Source: a virus. Taken from it: a DNA stretch of 64,000 nucleotides. The notes below the pieces were generated by a model. That model searched no databases. It saw nothing but the letters and a program-made list of their open reading frames with translations, and had not been told where the DNA came from. Of this stretch, positions 38,187 through 46,834 are shown one piece after another (within the stretch, counting starts at the first letter, position 1; the number at the start of each line of letters is the position of its first letter). The stretch is taken from the IMG/VR virus record IMGVR_UViG_3300025131_009354, positions 1-64,000 of that record; one strand, given 5' to 3'. The translations under genes and the position numbers were made by a program.

Positions 38187-38950
38187 GGATACAGCCATCA
38201 GCACTATTGTTTGATATGGATGGGACGATTACAGATGCAAGACAACCTATTACACAAGATGTGGCAGATTCTTTGCTGGGGATCCCCCCCGGCGTAAAGA
38301 AATATTTAGTCACAGGGTCGGACATGGCGAAGGTCGAAGAGCAAATCCCAACAGATATTCTACTTGAGGTTTTTGATCGAGTTTATGCGTGCAACGGGAC
38401 TAGAGTCTATAATTGTAATTTAGATATGGATGATGAACACGGCGCTTTAGAGGCAGAGTTGATCCACAAGGTATCCCTAACTGATCATTATTCAGAGGCT
38501 GATATTAATCATATCCTAAACGTGTTGCTTAAAACGGCCTCAGATACGCACACTAAAATTAAAACCGGTACTTTTGTAGAATGGCGCGACAGTCAGGTCA
38601 ATTTTTCTGTAGTGGGGAGAAACTGCACGCCAGAACAAAGAGATGACTATATTCAGTGGGATAAGAAATCCGGCGAACGCAGCAAAATTGTAGAAAAACT
38701 AAGGAAGGAGTTCAAAGGATGGGGGCTCTCTTTCCGACTAGGCGGACAGATCTCGATTGACATAACGAGAGAAGGCTGGGATAAAAGTTATGCCTTTAAT
38801 AACATGTTAGAATCCCCAGACCAGTGTGTGTTTTTCGGAGACAAAATCTGTAAAGATGGAAATGACCTTGATATTGCAATGAAGTGCGCCTTTTATCACC
38901 ACATTGAGAGTCCTGCCGACCTCATTCTTAACCTACAGGAGTATCAATGA
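38183..38950 (+). CDS. eukaryote-type phosphomannomutase (HAD IIB)
   Basis: FDMDGTIT, VTGSD, GTFVEWR, NFSVVGR, GGQISID, GWDK, FFGDK...GND. Confidence 0.88.
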   Translation: MRIQPSALLFDMDGTITDARQPITQDVADSLLGIPPGVKKYLVTGSDMAKVEEQIPTDILLEVFDRVYACNGTRVYNCNLDMDDEHGALEAELIHKVSLTDHYSEADINHILNVLLKTASDTHTKIKTGTFVEWRDSQVNFSVVGRNCTPEQRDDYIQWDKKSGERSKIVEKLRKEFKGWGLSFRLGGQISIDITREGWDKSYAFNNMLESPDQCVFFGDKICKDGNDLDIAMKCAFYHHIESPADLILNLQEYQ

Positions 38951-38953
38951 GTA

Positions 38954-39175
38954 ATGCCGTCGATTACGCTACTGGTTGTTATTCTATTAACCCTGTTTTT
39001 GCCTGGTGGAACTATAATCCTGTTCGTTTGGCATCGCTCAAAGAACATCTTGAAAAAGAACGAATCAGCAAGAAAGAAAAACAACAAGAAAAAAAGAATT
39101 CTGCAAAAATTGCAGAAGGAACAATCTCGATATATGCGTAGCAAAAGAAATAAGCGTTCACGAAAGGAAAAATAA
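38954..39175 (+). CDS. small membrane protein with basic tail
   Basis: hydrophobic N-half with LPGG, Lys-rich C-half; competes with 38947 frame. Confidence 0.45.
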   Translation: MPSITLLVVILLTLFLPGGTIILFVWHRSKNILKKNESARKKNNKKKRILQKLQKEQSRYMRSKRNKRSRKEK

Positions 39176-39357
39176 TGAACTGCTTTCAAATCGAAGTCCG
39201 TGGTGTAACCTTCACAATTTGGGCCCCTACTCTTCGTGAGGCTGTAGAGACCTTCCTGATTGATATGGATTTCTTCGAAGTTCCCAAGGATGCCATACCG
39301 TGCAGTGGAAGCCCTTGTGGAGAGGATATTTTCCCACCAGAGTGTGGTGGTTTTTAA
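39175..39357 (+). CDS. hypothetical protein
   Basis: RBS AAGGA. Confidence 0.5.
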   Translation: MNCFQIEVRGVTFTIWAPTLREAVETFLIDMDFFEVPKDAIPCSGSPCGEDIFPPECGGF

Positions 39358-39368
39358 TTCCTTTTTTC

Positions 39369-39397
39369 CTTGACTCGTCCTATATTAATGGTATTAT
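39369..39397 (+). promoter_or_regulatory. sigma70-like early promoter
   Basis: TTGACT-N16-TATTAT with TG. Confidence 0.65.
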
Positions 39398-39419
39398 ATT
39401 GTTAAGGAAGGAGAGGAAT

Positions 39420-39674
39420 ATGAATTTTCCATGGAAAAAGAGCAAGAAATCGCAACAACCAAAAGAAAGCGAGAAAAATATGTCTATTCAGCTTGGCGAT
39501 CCAGTAATGATCATCCCCGCTAACCAAAATACCGGCAGATCAGCCGACCTCAAAGGTGTTGTTGTTTCTTTCGAAGATAAAGAGAAAACCAGTGCAGTTG
39601 TAGTATGGGGGCTCCCAGGGCTTGAGTTAGAGTCGATTCTTCCTGTTGAGCGGCTAGTCTCGATCGTACAATAG
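39420..39674 (+). CDS. small SH3/KOW-like protein
   Basis: IQLGDPVMI...KGVVV...AVVVW...PVERL. Confidence 0.7.
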   Translation: MNFPWKKSKKSQQPKESEKNMSIQLGDPVMIIPANQNTGRSADLKGVVVSFEDKEKTSAVVVWGLPGLELESILPVERLVSIVQ

Positions 39675-39883
39675 AGTTCAGTACTTAAGAATAAAATATA
39701 GAATGGAATACTTTGAATAATTGGTATAATTTGTTTTTTTACCCTGAAAACCATGAATATGGCGCAGGGCTGAGATCTTGGGCTGCCTGTGTTCTTATGG
39801 TTGGTATATTGTTAGCCACTGGCTACCTAGAGGGACTTGAGCAGACCAGTTTTTACGGCAAGTAAGAAAGAAAAGAGATTAAA

Positions 39884-40087
39884 ATGATCCGAATTGCTAT
39901 TATCGCAGGCATTGCCTATTGTTCTATTGGGTATACTCTTAAAAATCCTGACCAAGCGACTAAGCTGTATGATTCTACTTCTAGAGTTGTTTCAGTGGCG
40001 TATGAAAAGGTTAAATTACTTTTTTTAGATGAAGACTCTGCACAAGTGACAGTCATGCCGGAGCAAAAAGTAACAATTCATTTATAA
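39884..40087 (+). CDS. small membrane-anchored protein
   Basis: hydrophobic N-terminus. Confidence 0.5.
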   Translation: MIRIAIIAGIAYCSIGYTLKNPDQATKLYDSTSRVVSVAYEKVKLLFLDEDSAQVTVMPEQKVTIHL

Positions 40088-40108
40088 TTGGAATAGTCAA
40101 AAATAAAG

Positions 40109-40137
40109 CTTGACTTATCCCCTGGGCATGGTATAAA
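40109..40137 (+). promoter_or_regulatory. sigma70-like early promoter
   Basis: TTGACT-N16-TATAAA with TG; AAAAATAAAGCTTGAC shared with the 20487 promoter. Confidence 0.65.
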
Positions 40138-40163
40138 AGAGATGTAGAAAGGGAGAAACACTA

Positions 40164-40637
40164 ATGAAGCTCCAATCCGCGCTTAAGAAAATTGACGCCC
40201 GAGCCAAGAAGGTCGGCGTTGAAGTATCCATCCGAGAAGATAAGCGGGCTCACGACTCGCTGTATTATATCCGCTTCGAAGGATCTAACCAGAGCATCAG
40301 CTTTTACTCCAAGTGTAACGGCGAAGATAATATCCACCTGATCAAGGTAACTCGTGATGGTGATGTGAGCGACCCTCAGACCGATTACTTCGCTGGTACA
40401 TTTGCGGACAATCTCACCCAGGCTCTAAACTGGTGTGCCCCGCTTCCCCCGAAATATCCTGCCGGTTCGCTGGTTCGTTTCAAAGATAACAAGCGAAACG
40501 GTCGCTCCAGACTCACGGGTATTGTCGCTCTGGTAATAGAGGCAAAGACCGGCGGAAACTACAAGGTTCAGTATGCTGGTCAAAAAGACCGCTACCATCC
40601 TTACTTCTCCGAGCGTGACTTAGAAAGGATTTCATAA
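40164..40637 (+). CDS. early protein with C-terminal SH3-like domain
   Basis: SDPQTDYFAG; YPAGSLVRF...YKVQY...ERDLE. Confidence 0.7.
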   Translation: MKLQSALKKIDARAKKVGVEVSIREDKRAHDSLYYIRFEGSNQSISFYSKCNGEDNIHLIKVTRDGDVSDPQTDYFAGTFADNLTQALNWCAPLPPKYPAGSLVRFKDNKRNGRSRLTGIVALVIEAKTGGNYKVQYAGQKDRYHPYFSERDLERIS

Positions 40638-40951
40638 TGGCCTCGCCAAACCCTGAAGTTGAGTTTCATCTTAGTGGCTTTCTTGAGCAATGTAGTGAAA
40701 TCCTCAAAGAGCATTATGAAACGAAGCTCCCCACTTTGGATATCCCAGATATTAAGGTCTATCCTGGCGGAAAATATTATAAGGTTGCCAAGAAAGACAA
40801 CAGCCATAACGAATCTGTTTGGTTCTTCGTGGATAAAGAAGACGGCAATATTTGGAAAGCCGCTTCTTGGAAGGCTCCAGCTAAGAACTTCCCTCGTGGA
40901 AACATTCTTGAGGACGTTGCCAAAGATGTAATTGGTGTTTACGGACTTTAG
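40637..40951 (+). CDS. conserved phage-type hypothetical protein
   Basis: GGKYYKV...SVWFFVDK.DGNIWKAASWKAPAK..RGNI. Confidence 0.75.
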   Translation: MASPNPEVEFHLSGFLEQCSEILKEHYETKLPTLDIPDIKVYPGGKYYKVAKKDNSHNESVWFFVDKEDGNIWKAASWKAPAKNFPRGNILEDVAKDVIGVYGL

Positions 40952-40959
40952 GAGAGGAC

Positions 40960-41184
40960 ATGGATCAGTGGAATGAGTTTGAAGACATGGAGCACTTGCA
41001 TAATTGTATTGTGGCCAATCTTGAAGCAGGCATTCTAACACAGGAAGATTTGGAAAAGCCCAACTGGGGAGTTTCTCCGCTTTTTCTGATTGAAGCCGGA
41101 CGAAACGAAATTACCGCTAAACGGGCAAGTTGGCTAATACCTACTTTGTTTCTTTCCGGGTTTTTGCTCGGTTACTTTTTATAG
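40960..41184 (+). CDS. small protein with C-terminal TM helix
   Basis: RBS GGAGAGG. Confidence 0.55.
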   Translation: MDQWNEFEDMEHLHNCIVANLEAGILTQEDLEKPNWGVSPLFLIEAGRNEITAKRASWLIPTLFLSGFLLGYFL

Positions 41185-41222
41185 CATCTATTTATTGGCT
41201 ACACAAAATACAGGAGAACAAA

Positions 41223-41402
41223 ATGAAAATTGGTGATATTGTAAAGATTGTCCCAAGTACCAAAGAGGGTGACAGAGACCTATCCGGTATTATTGTCGAT
41301 ATTAAAACAGATAGGGCTAAAGTAGTTTGGGAACTCACAGAGAATATTCATACCCAAGGAATTGTCCACATTGACCGTTTAATCAAACACCCCCATTTTT
41401 AG
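41223..41402 (+). CDS. small SH3/KOW-like protein
   Basis: MKIGDIVKI...GIIV...AKVVW; CTATTTAT at 41188. Confidence 0.7.
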   Translation: MKIGDIVKIVPSTKEGDRDLSGIIVDIKTDRAKVVWELTENIHTQGIVHIDRLIKHPHF

Positions 41403-41411
41403 GAGAAGAAA

Positions 41412-41654
41412 ATGAAAATCACTGAACAAGAATTTGATGCTATTAGACAAGGGTTGTGGGCTGCCTTTAACGAAGGTTGCTTGGATGAAAAATGTTGCCT
41501 TTCAGCGATGGACAAGATGAAAGAGGTTTATAAACGATATCGGTGGTTCAAGGACCAACTTTCATATTTTGACCCCTCTGAACTTCAAAGAGAATATATT
41601 GAAGAGTTTGGAAGCTGGGGGAAAGGAGAAGAAAATGAAAAAGAAAAACACTAA
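41412..41654 (+). CDS. hypothetical protein
   Basis: RBS AGGAG. Confidence 0.6.
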   Translation: MKITEQEFDAIRQGLWAAFNEGCLDEKCCLSAMDKMKEVYKRYRWFKDQLSYFDPSELQREYIEEFGSWGKGEENEKEKH

Positions 41655-41830
41655 ACGAAGATAAGTGTCAAGGGTAAACCTGAACCGATCTGGCAGGAAC
41701 CATAAAGAGCCAGCGTCCCTACCTTCAGTAACCATGTACCTTTGAAGAGTTGCGTGTGGAAAACGGTTTGTAGGGTTAGATACAAAACTAACAGGAATCC
41801 TCTTCAAAGGGGTGAAAACTCTTCAAATCT

Positions 41831-41902
41831 AGGGACGTAGCTCAGTGGTAGAGCACCGGACTTTTAATCCGATGGTCGTGGGTTCAATCCCCACCGTCCC
41901 TA
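41831..41902 (+). tRNA. tRNA-Lys(TTT), CCA not encoded
   Basis: acceptor AGGGACG/CGTCCCT; anticodon loop CTTTTAA; T-loop TTCAATC. Confidence 0.92.
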
Positions 41903-41910
41903 CAACAATT

Positions 41911-41987
<77 letters not shown>

Positions 41988-41997
41988 AGGAGTTTCA

Positions 41998-42597
41998 ATG
42001 TTGCGAATTTTGGGAAAGTTGCCGAGAGAGTTAGGAGTCGCCGTCAGCGGCGGACCAGACTCCATGGCTATTTTAGATTTTCTCAGCAACAATCACGATG
42101 TGACCGCAGTTTATTTCGACCACGGCACCGACTTCGGGAAGAAATGTAAAAGATTTGTAAAGAACTTTTGCGATAATAGAAATATTCCCTTTGTGATAGG
42201 AGTTAATTATAATGATTGTCCTCCGCACAAATCACTCGAAGAGCACTGGCGTGACGAGCGTTACAAGTTCCTACATAGCTTTGATATGCCCATCATCACG
42301 GGTCATAACTTAGACGACGTGATAGAGTGGTTTTTGTTCTCTTCGATTCATGGCGCAGGCAAGGTAATGCCCTACAACAACAAAAACGTCATTCGACCAT
42401 TTATCTCTACCTCTAAACGCTCGCTGGAAGCTTGGTGTTATAGAAAAGAAGTTCCATATTTGGTTGACCCCGGAAACGCAGACAGAAAGTTCATGCGCAG
42501 CATTATCCGGCATGACATTATGCCTCACGCACGGCTCGTAAATCCGGGGATCGAAAAGACATTTAAAAAACTCGTGGAAAAGGAATATAATAACTAA
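41998..42597 (+). CDS. tilS: minimal tRNA(Ile)-lysidine synthetase
   Basis: PP-loop VAVSGGPDS, DHG, RDERY, TGHNLDD, IRP, DPGN...R..IRH; no C-terminal domains. Confidence 0.88.
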   Translation: MLRILGKLPRELGVAVSGGPDSMAILDFLSNNHDVTAVYFDHGTDFGKKCKRFVKNFCDNRNIPFVIGVNYNDCPPHKSLEEHWRDERYKFLHSFDMPIITGHNLDDVIEWFLFSSIHGAGKVMPYNNKNVIRPFISTSKRSLEAWCYRKEVPYLVDPGNADRKFMRSIIRHDIMPHARLVNPGIEKTFKKLVEKEYNN

Positions 42598-42607
42598 GAA
42601 AGGATAT

Positions 42608-42684
42608 AGGGGATTAGCTCAATTGGTCAGAGCACTCGACTCATAATCGATAGGTTCAGGGTTCAAGTCCCTGATCCCCTACCA
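42608..42684 (+). tRNA. tRNA with CAT anticodon, probably tRNA-Ile2
   Basis: CGA-CTCATAA-TCG arm resembles Ile2; ends ACCA; 10 nt downstream of tilS. Confidence 0.85.
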
Positions 42685-42687
42685 AAA

Positions 42688-42762
42688 GCCGCTTTAGCTC
42701 AGGGGTAGAGCAGCAGTTTTGTAAACTGCCGGTCATCTGTTCGAATCAGATAAGCGGCTCCA
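42688..42762 (+). tRNA. tRNA-Thr(TGT)
   Basis: GCAGT-TTTGTAA-ACTGC; acceptor GCCGCTT/AAGCGGC; CCA. Confidence 0.93.
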
Positions 42763-42763
42763 T

Positions 42764-42839
42764 GCGGGCATAACTCAGTTGGTAGAGTGTCAGTTTTCCA
42801 AACTGAATGTCGTCGGTTCGAACCCGACTGTCCGCTCCA
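42764..42839 (+). tRNA. tRNA-Gly(TCC)
   Basis: TCAGT-TTTCCAA-ACTGA; acceptor GCGGGCA/TGTCCGC; TCCA. Confidence 0.94.
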
Positions 42840-42840
42840 G

Positions 42841-42928
42841 GGAAGAGTGTCCGAGTGGTCGATGGTGAGGCACTAGAAATGCCTTGTACAGCGATGTACC
42901 GTGGGTTCGAACCCCACCTCTTCCTCCA
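42841..42928 (+). tRNA. tRNA-Ser(AGA), long variable arm, A34
   Basis: AGGCA-CTAGAAA-TGCCT; variable arm GTACA-GCGA-TGTAC; acceptor GGAAGAG/CTCTTCC; TCCA. Confidence 0.88.
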
Positions 42929-42933
42929 AGAAT

Positions 42934-42963
42934 AAAGGGCTCCCTTCGGGGGGCTTTTTATTT
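42934..42963 (+). terminator. rho-independent terminator after tRNA cluster
   Basis: GCTCCC-TTCG-GGGGGC hairpin plus T tract. Confidence 0.8.
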
Positions 42964-43219
42964 ATCTTTTTTTGCCCTAAAGATTACGTGGACTCAGAAA
43001 TTTCCGGGAACAAAAAAAATATATATTAAAGACGTTCTTTTATGAATAAAGAGTCTAATTAAAACGTATAAGGGTCGCTCACTCTACTAACTCAGTGAGC
43101 CCTCATAACTACGGTTATGAAACAGTTTCCTACAAAGAGTTCCAATAGTCGCCGTTTTAGCGGCGATCGTTTATATAAAATGTTATAATACTTTTTATAT
43201 TTCTCAAGGAGGAAATATT

Positions 43220-44602
43220 ATGGCTAATGTATTATCCGGTTCAACAATCGGTAAATCTATGCAGGTTAATGTAGATATTCTAGGTGGTATTCAGTACAGC
43301 GCCAACACCGGCAGCTTTAAAGGGTTGCCCACGAAGGCGTCCTTGACGACCGCTGCGGAGCAAAAGCAATATCTTAGTTCTTCGTTCGGTTCAGATACCG
43401 GAACAATTATTCAGGCGCTTAATCACCTGAAAGCTCAATCGAGCGCGGTTGCGCCCGCGGGTTTGACGGGATCGATCCAGCTACGTAATTCAGACGGGAC
43501 AGGGTTTGAGGCTGTTCCAGGCCTCCGCGCTATCCACACCGATTTGCACGTCCCCGCTAAACTGAATGTGACTGGTGCCGTAGATATGGCATCTACATTG
43601 CAAGTTGATGGTGTCGGTACCTTTACGGCTCAGTCGGTTCACAGCGCTGGTGCTACGTTCAACTCGGCTGGTTTGTCTGCTTGTGGTGCCATCGCTGGTG
43701 GTACCACCCTGGCTCTAAGTGACCTTGCTAGTGTCGCCTCCATTTCGATGGATGACGGCTCTACATTGGGACCTGACTCGGTTGCTGATTTGTGGACATT
43801 CAGTGCCGCTGGTGACACCACGCAGAAAGACGGTGCTTATGACTTTGATATTGCGTCTCACGACGGAACCAACGGTCTTAAGCTTGGTGGGGTTCTGGTT
43901 GATGCTTCGGCTGGCGATCTTAACTACACCAATGTAGCTGCTGCCGGCACGGCTGAAGCCTCTAAGGCTCTTGTCGTGGATGCTAACAAGGATATTGGCA
44001 CCATTCGCAATCTTACGATTGATGGTACCTTTAGCGATGGCAACTACACCTTTGACACAAGCGGCAATGTAAGTGGTCTCGGTACAGTTGGTTGTGGTGC
44101 TATTACTTCAACTGGTGCTTCTACGCTTGGAAGCATCTCGTCGGTCGGTGCTGTTACTTCAACTGGTATGATTACAGCCGGCTCAAGCTTCGTCATTGGA
44201 TCTGCCGATCTAAATGAAGCCGACATGGAAAAACTTGATGGTATTACTGATGGTACGGCTGCTGCAAACAAGGCTCTTGTCTTGGATGCTAACAAGGATA
44301 TTGGCACCATTCGCAATCTTACGATTGATGGTGTCTTTACCGATGGCAACTACACCTTTGACACAAGCGGCAACGTAAGTGGTCTCGGCGAGGTTGGTTG
44401 TGGTGCTATTACTTCAACTGGTGCTTCTTCGTTCGGAAGCATCTCGTACGTCGGTGATGTTACTGTGCAGGACATAGCCGCCGCGGCCTGGGATGACATT
44501 CCATCCTTCCAGATTCAGGGAACTAATGCTGCTGGGCAAATTGCTAACTTCCGGCTCATGGTTTCTGGTGGTATTCTAAGAGCCGCACAGGGAACTGCAT
44601 AA
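43220..44602 (+). CDS. Gly/Ala/Ser/Thr-rich repeat protein, probable tail fibre/virion protein
   Basis: RBS AAGGAGG; beta-rich low-charge composition; internal duplication. Confidence 0.7.
   Translation: MANVLSGSTIGKSMQVNVDILGGIQYSANTGSFKGLPTKASLTTAAEQKQYLSSSFGSDTGTIIQALNHLKAQSSAVAPAGLTGSIQLRNSDGTGFEAVPGLRAIHTDLHVPAKLNVTGAVDMASTLQVDGVGTFTAQSVHSAGATFNSAGLSACGAIAGGTTLALSDLASVASISMDDGSTLGPDSVADLWTFSAAGDTTQKDGAYDFDIASHDGTNGLKLGGVLVDASAGDLNYTNVAAAGTAEASKALVVDANKDIGTIRNLTIDGTFSDGNYTFDTSGNVSGLGTVGCGAITSTGASTLGSISSVGAVTSTGMITAGSSFVIGSADLNEADMEKLDGITDGTAAANKALVLDANKDIGTIRNLTIDGVFTDGNYTFDTSGNVSGLGEVGCGAITSTGASSFGSISYVGDVTVQDIAAAAWDDIPSFQIQGTNAAGQIANFRLMVSGGILRAAQGTA
43964..44464 (+). repeat. ~195-bp in-frame direct repeat, offset 306 bp
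   Basis: 43964-44158 vs 44270-44464; both encode KALV.DANKDIGTIRNLTIDG...GAITSTGAS. Confidence 0.9.
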
Positions 44603-44627
44603 TCTTAGATAACATAACTGGTTTTTT

Positions 44628-44657
44628 AAACAGGGGGCTTCGGCTCCCTGTTTTTTT
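44628..44657 (+). terminator. rho-independent terminator
   Basis: AAACAGGGGGC-TTCG-GCTCCCTGTTT plus T tract. Confidence 0.85.
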
Positions 44658-44672
44658 ATATCTATTTATAAT

Positions 44673-45296
44673 ATGTCCCGCATAAAACTCAAAAAGCTAA
44701 CTCTTCAATATGCCTTTCTAAAATTAGAGAAAGAAGAAGTAGAAGAGGCTTGTTCCGGCCAAGAAAAAGAAATTCAAGAATATATGAGAAAGTATTACCC
44801 AGAATACTATGAAGTTTCTCCAGAGGCTGAGGAGAAGCCCAAACAAGAAGACGCTGAAAATAAAGCAGAGAAGACAGACAATAAAGAGGAAGATATACCC
44901 GAGGATTCTGAACCAGAAGATATAGAAGAGTTCGAAGAACGAGAGTCAATTCCAAAAAACAAGGATCTTAGGACTCTTTATCGTAAGATTGTATCAAAAA
45001 CACATCCAGACAAAATAGGAGATGATAAATATGCTGAAGTATTTAATGCTGCGGCCAGAGCCTATGAAGAAGATAATCTTGCGAAGCTGTTAGAGATAGC
45101 CGGCACGCTCAATATAGAATTAGTGGAACTATCCCCAGAATCCGTCGCTCTCTTAGAAAATAACATAAAAATGTTAGTCAAAGAAGTACATAATATGAAG
45201 CAGTCTACAGCCTGGGCTTGGGCAAACGCCGAAACCGAGGAACAAAAACAAAAGATTATCAAGTTTTTAATGGATTCAAGGGGAATTAAAAAATGA
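44673..45296 (+). CDS. acidic protein with J-domain (DnaJ-like)
   Basis: LRTLYRKIVSKTHPDK...F.AA.RAY; CTATTTAT at 44664. Confidence 0.75.
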   Translation: MSRIKLKKLTLQYAFLKLEKEEVEEACSGQEKEIQEYMRKYYPEYYEVSPEAEEKPKQEDAENKAEKTDNKEEDIPEDSEPEDIEEFEERESIPKNKDLRTLYRKIVSKTHPDKIGDDKYAEVFNAAARAYEEDNLAKLLEIAGTLNIELVELSPESVALLENNIKMLVKEVHNMKQSTAWAWANAETEEQKQKIIKFLMDSRGIKK

Positions 45297-45652
45297 ACGA
45301 ACAAAGTAAAAGACAAATAGCAGTTGTAGTTAATGACGATGATCTTCGCCCAATACTGAAGAATATCTTTATTCTTATTGTGAAAAGAAATAACACTCTC
45401 AGAGAAGAAGCCCTTAAAGCGCTCGATAAGGAAATCAACGAAGGCGAACCATCAGATATTATAAAGGCTATGACAGGACTTACAGCCGTGGCGGCACAAA
45501 TGGCTGTAGAGCTTCAGGACGTTGCTGCCCTAGTACACCAAATGAATGATCAAGTGGAAGAGGAAGAACTACTCTCCCCCGATGCAGAGGTCATTGAAGA
45601 TTTGCCTAATCTGCCGGAAAACAGTCTCAGAATTAGTGACCGGAGTGAATAG
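45293..45652 (+). CDS. hypothetical protein
   Basis: coupled to upstream gene; 3' end overlaps convergent gene. Confidence 0.55.
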   Translation: MNEQSKRQIAVVVNDDDLRPILKNIFILIVKRNNTLREEALKALDKEINEGEPSDIIKAMTGLTAVAAQMAVELQDVAALVHQMNDQVEEEELLSPDAEVIEDLPNLPENSLRISDRSE

Positions 45653-46834
45653 GCGATCGTGCTCGCCACGAACCAACTCTAAAAAAGTATGATGATGTTC
45701 AAGTAGGGCAAAGATGAATATTTCAAAGCCTCCATCGAGCGCCAATTGATTGACTTCTCTCACGTCTGTGCCAACAATTGTTTGAGATATCTCGTCTGTC
45801 ATTAGTATTATTACTTTTTGGTTCCCGCTTTCCCAGCCAAAGGGATACAACCCGTTCATCGACCATTTTAGAGCGTCGATTGATGGTTCGACACCACCGT
45901 CAGGAAGCTGACGGATGGACTCAAGATATGGAAGAAAATCCACAGCGTCAACGAAGTTTGTGACCATCTCAGAATGACGGGTTAAAGCTGGCTCATATGC
46001 CCCAAGGGAATGTCTACCTATGACAGCCAGACCAAATCGAAAGTTGCTTGTCAAAGGGTCGTCTAAAAGAGGAGCAATGCCCTCTATCATTGATTCTATC
46101 TCGTCATCAAACGATCCGGAAATATCGATAATAAAGACAATATCCACTCCACGATTATCGAAGCCCTCATCAACTTCACCATCGCAGTCGTTGTCTAAAT
46201 CATCACAACGCTCAGGTACAGGCAAAACCTGTCCATCACAAGGCCCGTCAAAACCACCCTCTTGGCAATATCTAACTCCTGCCCTGCATTCGCCAACAGC
46301 CATTGTGCCAGCCGGCCCATCATAACAAACAATGGCTGTTGTGTTGGCAACTCCTTCGTCAATTGTTCCGTTACAGTTATTGTCTAATCCGTCACACACT
46401 TCCTCTTGCGGGCCAACGTGCCCATCACAGAAAAGGTCTGACTCTTCACATTTCATTACGCCAGGAGTGCAGACGCCCACACCATAATCTGCTCCTTCAA
46501 CAAACCCGCACAGCATGTGTTGTTCTGGATATGTTTCGTCTACGGCTCCGTCGCAGTCATTATCTATTCCATCACATTCTTCGCTTGTTGGTGCAACTGC
46601 ACCATGACACTCTCCCCAACCATTAAAAGTACACCTCCTGGTGCCATATGAACATTGTCCCGGAATAGTAGGGAGTTTAGCTGGGTTCATGTTGGCATAT
46701 ATTTCACCAAGATGATTGCACACCTGTTCTTGTCCCGGCGTACACTCTAGCGCAATTAACTCATCATCATCTAAACATGCAGAGCAGCTTGCGAGCAAGA
46801 TCGCGGGCACCAAAAATAATAATAAACGTCTCAC
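45569..46834 (-). CDS. lipoprotein with E.CDG.DN.C.G..DE repeats and C-terminal vWA domain
   Basis: lipobox LASC; three MopE-like repeats; MIDAS DISGS, GGVEP, LMTDE. Confidence 0.85.
   Translation of the reverse strand: MRRLLLFLVPAILLASCSACLDDDELIALECTPGQEQVCNHLGEIYANMNPAKLPTIPGQCSYGTRRCTFNGWGECHGAVAPTSEECDGIDNDCDGAVDETYPEQHMLCGFVEGADYGVGVCTPGVMKCEESDLFCDGHVGPQEEVCDGLDNNCNGTIDEGVANTTAIVCYDGPAGTMAVGECRAGVRYCQEGGFDGPCDGQVLPVPERCDDLDNDCDGEVDEGFDNRGVDIVFIIDISGSFDDEIESMIEGIAPLLDDPLTSNFRFGLAVIGRHSLGAYEPALTRHSEMVTNFVDAVDFLPYLESIRQLPDGGVEPSIDALKWSMNGLYPFGWESGNQKVIILMTDEISQTIVGTDVREVNQLALDGGFEIFIFALLEHHHTFLELVRGEHDRLFTPVTNSETVFRQIRQIFNDLCIGGE

Noticed and set aside
42867-42883. CTA or TAG in the last tRNA loop read as amber suppressor or Leu anticodon
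   Set aside because: The 5-bp stem and U33 fix the anticodon as AGA; TAG, TGA and TAA all end intact genes, so there is no sign of recoding
43964-44464. Repeat pair as a diversity-generating retroelement TR/VR
   Set aside because: Mismatches are not adenine-specific, both copies are in frame within one gene, and there is no reverse transcriptase in the window
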